A DNA stretch of 44,197 bases from a virus (Duplodnaviria > Caudoviricetes), in the IMG/VR virus record IMGVR_UViG_3300017766_003074, positions 1-44,197 of that record; one strand, written 5' to 3'. The number at the start of each line of letters is the position of its first letter. Position 1 is the first letter of the stretch. Under the pieces are notes generated by a model. The model searched no databases and was not told the origin of the DNA. It saw only the letters and a program-made list of their open reading frames with translations. This document shows, piece after piece, positions 30,301 to 38,313 of this stretch. Position numbers and translations under genes: made by a program.

Positions 30301-32298
30301 ATGATTGATCGTAGAATAGGAAAAATAAAAGTTCGAAGAGGAACAGACTCCCAAAGGAAATTAGTCACCTTTGAAGAGGGTGAACTCGTATATTCTATAG
30401 ATAAAAAACGTCTTTATATCGGAAATGGAACAGAAAAGGGAGGAATTTTAGTTTCAAATAGAAATTACGTAAAAAATTCATTAGGAGTTCCACCAGTTGT
30501 TCCAGCCGAAGCTCAACATGGAGATATTGTTTATGATAAATCTAATTCAAAAACATATATCACCAAATGGAATGGTTCTTTTTATGAATTGATATTAATT
30601 GCTTCTGCTAATTGTGGTTCTACGTTACAAAATCAAATTAATGATTTAAATAATAGACTAGAAGCTGTATCTGGTTGCGCTTCTCAGCCACAACCACCAC
30701 CTCCAAAACCAACAAATTTATCATGGTTTACTGAACCATCAGATATTTCAATTAATTTAGGTCAAACAGCAACATTTACTGCAAGTGCAATAGGTGGATT
30801 TGGTCCAATAACATACAAATGGAACAGAAGAGATGGAGTAATAATTTCTGCTGTTGATAATCAATCAACTTTAACAATTGTTACTGAATTAAGTGATGTT
30901 GCTACTTATTATTGTGTAGCGAATACATTTTCAGAGAATATAACCAGTCAAAATGCAGTACTAAATATAGCAGCTAATTCTATTTTAGCAGAAGACGGTA
31001 CTTATATATTGTCAGAATTGAGTGAATTTATTGATTGGGAAAATAGTGGATTAGTAGGACCAACAATAACAGTTCAACCAAGATCATTGATCACAACCAC
31101 ACTAATTCCGGTTACTTTTGAAGTAACTGCTACGGGTAGTGCTCCTTTATCTTATCAATGGAGAACAAATGGAGTAAACATACCCGGAGAAACATCTAGA
31201 ACATACACAGTAACAAATCCAACAAAAGATATAACAGGTATAACTTGTGTTGTAAGTAATATAGTAGGTAGTGTTGTGAGTAATTCAGTAAATCTCACAG
31301 TTGGAGTTATACCAAGTATAACAACACAACCTGTTTCTCAATCAGTACGAATTGGATCTAGTGTTACATTTAGTGTTGTTGCTGCTGGATCTACTCCTTT
31401 ATCTTATCAATGGAAAAAGAATGGAATAGATATAGTAGGAGCTACTAATAGTTCTTATACAATAGCTTCGGTAGGTACTAGTGATTTAGCAACTTATAGT
31501 TGCTTTGTAAGTAATGTTTATGGAAATGTGACAAGTAATAATGCTGATTTAACAAAAGAACCATTAATTGGTAGGGATTGGCAATCAGTAGCAATGTCAT
31601 CTGATGGAACCAAACAAACAGCAGTTGTGTATGATGGTCAAATCTATATTTCTACAGATTCTGGTAATACTTGGACGGCTAAAGAATCAAATAGACCATG
31701 GCTGTCCGTAGCAATGTCATCTGATGGAACTAAACAAACAGCAGTTGATGGATTTAATGGTAGAATATATATTTCTACTGATTCTGGTAATACTTGGACG
31801 GCTAAAGAATCAAATAGACCATGGAAGTCAGTAGCAATGTCATCTGATGGAACTAAACAAACAGCAGTTGTGTATGGTGGTCAAATATATATTTCTTCAG
31901 ATTCTGGTAATACTTGGACACCTAAAGAATCAAATAGGTATTGGTGGTCAGTAGCAATGTCATCTGATGGAACCAAACAAACAGCAGTTGTAAGTGGTAA
32001 TTATAATATATATATTTCTTCAGATTCTGGTAATACTTGGACACCTAAAGAATCAAATAGGTATTGGTGGTCAGTAGCAATGTCATCTGATGGAACTAAA
32101 CAAACAGCAGTTGTGTATGATGGTCAAATCTATATTTCTACAGATTCTGGTAATACTTGGACACCTAAAGGATCAAATAGGAAATGGTGGTCTGTAACAA
32201 TGTCATCTGATGGAACTAAACAAACAGCAGTTGCGCATTATGGTGGACAAATATATATTTCTTCAGATTCTGGTAATACTTGGACACCTGTTTTTTAA
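30301..32298 (+). CDS. Fibre adhesin paralogue A3: Mtd_N-like anchor, hinge, three Ig-like domains, six-blade Asp-box beta-propeller
   Basis: Three Ig-like repeats, then six S-x-D-x-G-x-T-W (BNR/Asp-box) blades. Confidence 0.8.
   Translation: MIDRRIGKIKVRRGTDSQRKLVTFEEGELVYSIDKKRLYIGNGTEKGGILVSNRNYVKNSLGVPPVVPAEAQHGDIVYDKSNSKTYITKWNGSFYELILIASANCGSTLQNQINDLNNRLEAVSGCASQPQPPPPKPTNLSWFTEPSDISINLGQTATFTASAIGGFGPITYKWNRRDGVIISAVDNQSTLTIVTELSDVATYYCVANTFSENITSQNAVLNIAANSILAEDGTYILSELSEFIDWENSGLVGPTITVQPRSLITTTLIPVTFEVTATGSAPLSYQWRTNGVNIPGETSRTYTVTNPTKDITGITCVVSNIVGSVVSNSVNLTVGVIPSITTQPVSQSVRIGSSVTFSVVAAGSTPLSYQWKKNGIDIVGATNSSYTIASVGTSDLATYSCFVSNVYGNVTSNNADLTKEPLIGRDWQSVAMSSDGTKQTAVVYDGQIYISTDSGNTWTAKESNRPWLSVAMSSDGTKQTAVDGFNGRIYISTDSGNTWTAKESNRPWKSVAMSSDGTKQTAVVYGGQIYISSDSGNTWTPKESNRYWWSVAMSSDGTKQTAVVSGNYNIYISSDSGNTWTPKESNRYWWSVAMSSDGTKQTAVVYDGQIYISTDSGNTWTPKGSNRKWWSVTMSSDGTKQTAVAHYGGQIYISSDSGNTWTPVF
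31579..32289 (+). repeat. In-frame tandem array of six 120/123-bp units (propeller blades)
   Basis: Units start at 31579, 31699, 31822, 31942, 32065, 32185; near-identical framework gcaatgtcatctgatggaacYaaacaaacagcagttg and gattctggtaatacttggac. Confidence 0.95.
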
Positions 32299-32434
32299 TA
32301 AAAAATTTAAATATTACTAATTATTGATACTATAATAAAAAATATCTCACCAGTTACTATGATTTTTAGTGGAGATTATCATAGCTATAAACAATAGTAG
32401 TAATTTTTATTATAAAGAATAAATATATAAAAAT

Positions 32435-33022
32435 ATGCCAAATAAAAAGATTTCAGAATTTCCAGTAACTACATCAATATTACAAGATGATGATTTTTTA
32501 ATGAATCATATAGGTACTACCAGCACGGTTTCTTTTAGTACAGTATCTAATACAATTAGTTCTTCTATTATTGATAGTTTAACGGGAGATACTGTAGTAC
32601 AAAAATTATCAACTAATTTTATTAGAAAACCAGCTAGTGCTACTGGTGGTCAAGTTTTGACTTATAATGGAACTACAAGTACTTGGGTAGCTAGTAGTTT
32701 ATCAGCAAATGGTTTTGCGAATTCTAAAACAACTAATGGATATACATATCTTCCTAATGGTATTTTAATGCAATGGGGATTTACTGGAGTAATAGCAGGA
32801 GGAGACAACGTCCAACAACCTGTGACTTTTCCGATACCATTTCCTAATGCTTGTTTTAATATTACTTCAACATTGAGTGGAAATTTGTACGGAAATACTG
32901 ATGGTTTTTCAACAAAACGTGTACAAGTTATCGCAGCAAATAATCTTACTAATAGTTCAGTTATATTAGAACATACAGGCATAAATCCTGTTCGTGCATA
33001 TTGGCAAGCAATCGGATACTAA
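32435..33022 (+). CDS. Small tail-fibre tip protein B2 (paralogue of B1)
   Basis: N-term 'KKISEFP'; C-term 'NGYTYLPNGILMQWG...VTFPIPFPNACF...YWQAIGY'. Confidence 0.75.
   Translation: MPNKKISEFPVTTSILQDDDFLMNHIGTTSTVSFSTVSNTISSSIIDSLTGDTVVQKLSTNFIRKPASATGGQVLTYNGTTSTWVASSLSANGFANSKTTNGYTYLPNGILMQWGFTGVIAGGDNVQQPVTFPIPFPNACFNITSTLSGNLYGNTDGFSTKRVQVIAANNLTNSSVILEHTGINPVRAYWQAIGY
32639..32716 (+). repeat. 78-bp dispersed direct repeat, copy 2
   Basis: Matches 28929-29006. Confidence 0.9.
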
Positions 33023-33060
33023 AACTAAATATTAAGACAATTAATAATATTAAATAATTG

Positions 33061-33088
33061 TTGATTCGTTGTGGTTTTATGGTATAAT
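33061..33088 (+). promoter_or_regulatory. Sigma70-type early promoter TTGATT-N16-TATAAT with extended -10 (TGn)
   Basis: Perfect TATAAT at 33083-33088 preceded by TGG; 6 nt before ATG 33095. Confidence 0.65.
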
Positions 33089-33094
33089 CATGAG

Positions 33095-33799
33095 ATGTCT
33101 GTAAAACTAGATCACGATACCCATGTGTATACAAATACCGATACTGGTGAAAAGTATACAAGTGTAACCACATTTATTGGAGCTTATAAGAAAAAATTCG
33201 ATTCTGATAAATGGAGTAAAATTGTAGCTCAACGAGAAGGAGTTAGTCAAAAAGAAATTCTTGATAAGTGGAGTGATATCACTGTTACTGCTCAAAACAG
33301 AGGCACCAATGTCCATTTAGTAATGGAAAACTATATCAAAGATAAGAAAATTGCAAAGGGATTCGAAGAATTAATTGATTCTTTTGTTAAAAAGACTTAT
33401 GGTATCTTAAAAGATAATTCATTAATATTAAGTGAACATTTATTATATTCTCATCCACATAAATTAGCTGGTACTGCTGATTTAATTGTAGAAAATGATA
33501 ATATTTTTTATGTAATGGATTTTAAAACAAATAAAAAGTTTAATTTTCTTAATAAGTATAATGAATACTTTTATGAACCTATTGATTACCTTCCTCAGTG
33601 TGAATTTACTACATATACAATACAGTTATCAATTTATGCGTATATGTATGAGTTATTAACTGGTAAAAAGTGTGGAGGTTTGAAAATATTTTATTTAAGA
33701 GAGTTTAATGATAAAACATTTTGGCAAGATATCCCATGTGCTTATATGAAATCTTCTGTTATTGATCTTTTTAATGATAAATTAAATAAAGATAGTTGA
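33095..33799 (+). CDS. PD-(D/E)XK family exonuclease (RecB/lambda-exonuclease-like)
   Basis: 'SVTT', 'RGTNVH', 'LAGTADL', 'DFKT', 'QLSIYA'. Start placed at ATG 33095 because GTG 33071 lies inside the promoter. Confidence 0.85.
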   Translation: MSVKLDHDTHVYTNTDTGEKYTSVTTFIGAYKKKFDSDKWSKIVAQREGVSQKEILDKWSDITVTAQNRGTNVHLVMENYIKDKKIAKGFEELIDSFVKKTYGILKDNSLILSEHLLYSHPHKLAGTADLIVENDNIFYVMDFKTNKKFNFLNKYNEYFYEPIDYLPQCEFTTYTIQLSIYAYMYELLTGKKCGGLKIFYLREFNDKTFWQDIPCAYMKSSVIDLFNDKLNKDS

Positions 33800-33826
33800 A
33801 ATTCAATAAATATATGTTAATATAAT
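33796..33826 (+). promoter_or_regulatory. Possible sigma70-type promoter (TTGAAA; TGnTAATAT/TATAAT)
   Basis: -35-like hexamer at 33796-33801, -10 candidates at 33818-33823 or 33821-33826. The AT-rich context lowers specificity. Confidence 0.35.
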
Positions 33827-33856
33827 AATGAAATATGAACATATACTTATATTCAA

Positions 33857-34360
33857 ATGCAGAACGAACTAATTAATAAATACGGGAAAGAAGTAATTAA
33901 AAACTTCTGGATTTTTGTTGAACAACTCAACTTCGATAGCAAAACACAAGATGCATCTACGGTTAGAGCTTCTCTATTAAAAAAGTTGTCACCGTCTTTG
34001 GCTGAAAAATACAAAGACATTGGAGATGAACTAGCATTTTCTTTATATAGAGAAGTGTTTTTTGATAAAAAAACTTCTTATTTGTACGCAGCATTTAATG
34101 CAATCGCAAAAGGAAATGCTTTTTATGAAAAGTGTTGGGAAACACCAACTGAAATTGAATCTTTAGTCGAAGGAGTAAATCAATTTAATAATTTCAGCAC
34201 AGTTCTTCCAATTGAAGATGATTATTTTAATTTAATTATCCCTACACCACAAAATGTGTTAGATTCGTTTGATGAATATGACGAATATTTAGAATCTAAG
34301 GGACTCAAAAAAGGGAAAAAATCAAAAAACAAAAAAGAAGATTTTGACTCTGATTTATAA
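33857..34360 (+). CDS. Hypothetical protein, DUF4240-like
   Basis: 'FW.FVE', 'L.KLSP', 'LY....IAKG..FYE....P' recall DUF4240; charged C-terminal tail. Confidence 0.45.
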   Translation: MQNELINKYGKEVIKNFWIFVEQLNFDSKTQDASTVRASLLKKLSPSLAEKYKDIGDELAFSLYREVFFDKKTSYLYAAFNAIAKGNAFYEKCWETPTEIESLVEGVNQFNNFSTVLPIEDDYFNLIIPTPQNVLDSFDEYDEYLESKGLKKGKKSKNKKEDFDSDL

Positions 34361-34368
34361 AAAATAAG

Positions 34369-34398
34369 TTGCAATTTCATGCTGATTAATGCTATAAT
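34369..34398 (+). promoter_or_regulatory. Sigma70-type early promoter TTGCAA-N18-TATAAT with extended -10 (TGn)
   Basis: Perfect TGcTATAAT ending 5 nt before ATG 34404. Confidence 0.65.
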
Positions 34399-34403
34399 CC
34401 AGC

Positions 34404-34685
34404 ATGGAAAATGAAGAAGTTAAAAAAAGAGGTTCTTATGTCACTAAGAAAAAATTAGAACTTGAGAACCTCTTATCAGCAGCAAAAGAATTCCGTTTGA
34501 ATGATAAAAAAGAAAATATTAAATTCAAACGGAATCCTGCTTCCATAGCAGAATTTACAAAAGATACTTGTTTATATCCATCAAGATATTTAAACAATGA
34601 TAATACATGCATTACTTGTGATATTTACGAACATTGTGCATGTAAATTGAAAAATTTAGGAAAGAAAAAGAAAAATGAGCTATAA
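34404..34685 (+). CDS. Small basic Cys-rich hypothetical protein (putative metal-binding)
   Basis: C-x12-C-x2-C-x5-C-x-C cluster; Lys-rich. Confidence 0.65.
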   Translation: MENEEVKKRGSYVTKKKLELENLLSAAKEFRLNDKKENIKFKRNPASIAEFTKDTCLYPSRYLNNDNTCITCDIYEHCACKLKNLGKKKKNEL

Positions 34686-34965
34686 TCATAGCGATTCGGA
34701 ATGTATACTTAAAATTCATAGAGTCTTAAACAAAGACGATAATGAATGGATGCCAGCAATCGAAGATGTTGCATCACATGACATTGATCCATTGTGGGTA
34801 GCTGGAGTAGCTTATTTAATTATTGATAGATATGTCAGTTCTATACCAGAAGCAAAACAAAATTTATTTTACAAAGAAGTAATGCTTTGGTTCGATAAAA
34901 TGGCTAAATGTGAAAACACAACAGAATATATAGAGAAAATCGATTTCCCAAAACCTACTGACTAA
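34675..34965 (+). CDS. Hypothetical protein
   Basis: 96-aa ORF overlapping the upstream stop, plausible operon partner. Confidence 0.6.
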   Translation: MSYNHSDSECILKIHRVLNKDDNEWMPAIEDVASHDIDPLWVAGVAYLIIDRYVSSIPEAKQNLFYKEVMLWFDKMAKCENTTEYIEKIDFPKPTD

Positions 34966-37900
34966 ATGTTAGTAGTATGTGGAATCAATTTACTGGCTTT
35001 TTGAACTCCAGTATTAATAATTTTTTGGTTATTCAGAATCGATTGTAGATTTCCTACGGTTCCTAAATCAACGGTTGTGCTTCCAATACTAATTGGAGTT
35101 GTATATAATAATGTAGTTCCATTAATCGTGATTCTATTATAAATATAATCACTAAATGTTACTCCATTTACAGTAGATCCATATTTATATCTATATATAT
35201 TTTTGGAACTTAAAGATATTCCTACATTAGTATTGTTATCTCTATCTGATAATGAAGGATAGAAATTAATAGAATTAATATTGGTAAAATATATTTCACT
35301 ATCTAAATTTGATGATCTAATCTTCACATCATCACCTATAGTATTTCCTCCGGTTTGAGAAAATGCACTAGCAACAATAAAAATAATCGAATCATTTACT
35401 GATGTAGATTTTAGTGTTAATGTATTAGTTCCAGAATTATAATCTACTACAGAATTTGCAGTAGCAGACATTACTAGATTTCCATAAAAACTTAACGCAC
35501 CAAAAGATTCGGAATCTAGTATACCATAATCAATTCCTTGAGATGTGGTTAGATAATAAGAAAGATAATCATGAATTTTTGCTGTTGAATTTAAATCTGT
35601 ATAACCAGATACAACAGAAGCATTATTTTCATTAATAAATGTATCAGGAATATAATTTGGAGATATGTCAACAGTTCCTCCTACGGAGGGATTTACTGTA
35701 AAACTACCTGCCACTAATTGATATCCATATGTAGCAATCTTATAACTCCAATTACCAGTTGCATTTGCTGGTAATACTATTGTACCGTCCGTATTTTGAA
35801 AATATTGACGAGTAGATGTATTATCATATAGAGCAATATAACCACCTTGTAATGTAAGGTTGATTAAAGTTGGTGCATATGTTACAATTTCAGCATCACT
35901 TTCTGTTACTGTTGAATTGGTTCTCTTAATAGTAACAATAGCAGTTCCATCATTTTGAACTCCAACCATAGTACAATTGGTATACTCGACTTCAATTGGA
36001 GTATTGGTATTATATGTTAGAGTATTAGAAGAACTCAACATATAAATGCCAGTCAAATTAGTTGGAGTGGTCTGAACTAAATTTGCGTTTACATCAATAT
36101 TGGAAATGACTCCAGTTGATAGAGTAATAGTTCCAGTGGTTTTTAATGTATTAAAGTTAGTACCAGCAGACAAGCTAGGAGCATCAAGAGTGATTGTATT
36201 AGTTGCTGAACTATAACTAAATCCAGTACCAGTATTGTTGATAATAAAATTTCTATTACCGAAATCTAACACAGTACCATTTACTGTAAACAAATCAAAA
36301 TATGAAGTAGACAAAGGATTATTAATTGTCCAATAGCTTGCAGCATCATAAAGATAATCTAGATTAGTTACTACATCTAAAGCAGATACTTGATTTTCAG
36401 TTAATGTATTTAAACCATTAACTGTTCTAAAAGCATTTTTGTCCGTTTCAAACCCATACCATCTTGCTGTTTGAATATAAGGATCAATTGGTAATCCATC
36501 TAAATAAACATATCCAAGAATTGATGTACTTTGTCCAGTAACTGTAACTGCAATATCATCAGTGTTTGTTGGGGTTAAATCGATATCAAAATTGTGCCAA
36601 GCATCTGCTACTGCTGGACAAGCACATAATACGCTAACTCCTGCTCCAATAAATGATATTGATGGTGGATTAGCTGTTCCATAAGTAGAATCAAATCTTA
36701 AATTGCATTTAATTTTTTGAGAAACCCCAGCAAATGCGGGTATGGATAGATATGTATTAAATTCTTGATTTGCTATATTTGGATTGATCTTAAGAGAAGT
36801 TATCCCATTTTTTCTTACCGTAAAATTTGTTTGTCCGTAATAATAGTAATTGTATAATCTATAATCCAAATCTACATTATTTGGTCTATTTAATTTAGTT
36901 ACTTGTAGATCAGAACTTCTGACGTTATGCACAGCAGTTAAAGGAGCAGATCCAGTAAAAGTACAGTTATTAAAAATATTTGTCCCTAAAGCTCCAGCCG
37001 CAGCCATGCTAACAATTCTGACATCTGTTTGTATTGTACAGTTATTATACACTGTATCTAAAACGGAATTGCTCACAATAGAAGTAGCTGCTTTGAGTTT
37101 TGTATTATTGATTGTAGATTTTCCAACTGTTTGTATGGAAGCAAGACCAGAATTAACAAAACAATCTTTGAATAAAGTATTCCCTGATCCAGCTCCGAAT
37201 GCATGATTAAGAAAACCGCATCTATACCAAGTACAACCATCAAAAATTGGAATAGCTCCAGAACCAATATATACTCCATGACTTGTACCTCTAAAAGCAC
37301 TATTTTTTACTGTTATTCTACCCACACTTGGTTGGTCTATTCCCAAAAGGTAAGGTCCACTAGCTGTAGTATACTCTTCAAATGCTAAATTTTCTATTGT
37401 AAAGTTATTTAATAAATTTGTTGTATGAATACCTAGTCCAGACTGTCCCGCTGGACCATTATATGGTGAAGTAGTTGAACTCCAAGTTGGACTATTACCT
37501 CCCATACTTTCAAATCTGACATTGTTTAATACACAAGTCGTGGTATTAGTAGGAACATATAAAAAACCTGTAGTAAATGCTGTACTTTGTGGCATTACGG
37601 TTAAATTGCTAGAAAAATTACCAATTCTAGTTCCAGACAATCTAGCAAAATTTAATCCATTATTTAAAGTAATCACATTTCCTGCAACATTAGAAATTGT
37701 GGTAATATGTTCTCTGGTCATTGTTGTGGTATCTGGTTCTAAGATAACTCTATCTCCTACAACCCAATTGGTGGCATCATTTACGGTAATTTGAGTAGCA
37801 GCAGCATTTGCAGATAATGTTAGGAATGTATTTCTTGTTTTTTGTAATGCAGAATACATGGAAATATTACCGCCATTACATGCAAATATATGTTTATGAT

Positions 37901-38297
37901 TTGATGGTGTTGGGGAATAATTTAATACTATTCTGGCACTAACTGAAGATGGAATTGGAGAAGCAGAAGTACCCCAATTAAACGTACCTCCTGTTGGAAT
38001 TGTAATAGAACCTCTTGCGGTTAATGAAGTAGATGTTGTTCTACTAGCACTTAAAGTCCCAACTACAACAATTCCACCAGCAGATGTTAAGTTGGTATTA
38101 AAGGTTGAATCATCACCAAATTCACCACTAACATCGTATCCAACAATGTGCCCACTTCTTATAATAATTTTATCTACACCACCAGATTGAGGTGGTTGTC
38201 CAGCAGCGGCAGTTGGAGTTAATGTACCAGCAGCAGCGGTTACCCATGTAGAAGCAGTGCTCCAATTTCCTGTCTGATTTGAAAGATACGTTGCCAT
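34962..38297 (-). CDS. Large spike/depolymerase-like protein with G8-like domain and right-handed beta-helix
   Basis: 'IIIRSGHIV.YD', 'ITVNDATNWVVGDRVIL...ISNV.GN.ITL' (G8/CEMIP-like); Asn/Cys ladders 'FDGCTW', 'FKDCF', 'YNNCTI', 'FNNCTF'. Confidence 0.6.
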   Translation of the reverse strand: MATYLSNQTGNWSTASTWVTAAAGTLTPTAAAGQPPQSGGVDKIIIRSGHIVGYDVSGEFGDDSTFNTNLTSAGGIVVVGTLSASRTTSTSLTARGSITIPTGGTFNWGTSASPIPSSVSARIVLNYSPTPSNHKHIFACNGGNISMYSALQKTRNTFLTLSANAAATQITVNDATNWVVGDRVILEPDTTTMTREHITTISNVAGNVITLNNGLNFARLSGTRIGNFSSNLTVMPQSTAFTTGFLYVPTNTTTCVLNNVRFESMGGNSPTWSSTTSPYNGPAGQSGLGIHTTNLLNNFTIENLAFEEYTTASGPYLLGIDQPSVGRITVKNSAFRGTSHGVYIGSGAIPIFDGCTWYRCGFLNHAFGAGSGNTLFKDCFVNSGLASIQTVGKSTINNTKLKAATSIVSNSVLDTVYNNCTIQTDVRIVSMAAAGALGTNIFNNCTFTGSAPLTAVHNVRSSDLQVTKLNRPNNVDLDYRLYNYYYYGQTNFTVRKNGITSLKINPNIANQEFNTYLSIPAFAGVSQKIKCNLRFDSTYGTANPPSISFIGAGVSVLCACPAVADAWHNFDIDLTPTNTDDIAVTVTGQSTSILGYVYLDGLPIDPYIQTARWYGFETDKNAFRTVNGLNTLTENQVSALDVVTNLDYLYDAASYWTINNPLSTSYFDLFTVNGTVLDFGNRNFIINNTGTGFSYSSATNTITLDAPSLSAGTNFNTLKTTGTITLSTGVISNIDVNANLVQTTPTNLTGIYMLSSSNTLTYNTNTPIEVEYTNCTMVGVQNDGTAIVTIKRTNSTVTESDAEIVTYAPTLINLTLQGGYIALYDNTSTRQYFQNTDGTIVLPANATGNWSYKIATYGYQLVAGSFTVNPSVGGTVDISPNYIPDTFINENNASVVSGYTDLNSTAKIHDYLSYYLTTSQGIDYGILDSESFGALSFYGNLVMSATANSVVDYNSGTNTLTLKSTSVNDSIIFIVASAFSQTGGNTIGDDVKIRSSNLDSEIYFTNINSINFYPSLSDRDNNTNVGISLSSKNIYRYKYGSTVNGVTFSDYIYNRITINGTTLLYTTPISIGSTTVDLGTVGNLQSILNNQKIINTGVQKASKLIPHTTNI

Positions 38298-38313
38298 GTG
38301 ATAATTTTATTTA

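Noticed and set aside
31579-32289. Repeat array with constant and variable parts resembling a CRISPR array
   Set aside because: Units are 120/123 bp, in frame and encode Asp-box blades; variable parts are only a few codons; no cas genes.
28166-33022. Complete diversity-generating retroelement suggested by Mtd_N-like domains
   Set aside because: No reverse transcriptase, and no repeat pair differing only at adenines; mismatches in the dispersed repeats are mostly synonymous and of mixed type.
33037-33061. Short inverted repeat acaatta/taattgt next to the nuclease promoter
   Set aside because: Only 7 bp and almost all A/T, so expected by chance at this composition.
33095-33799. Cas4 call for the nuclease
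   Set aside because: Lacks the four-Cys Fe-S arrangement of Cas4 and any CRISPR context; a generic PD-(D/E)XK exonuclease fits.
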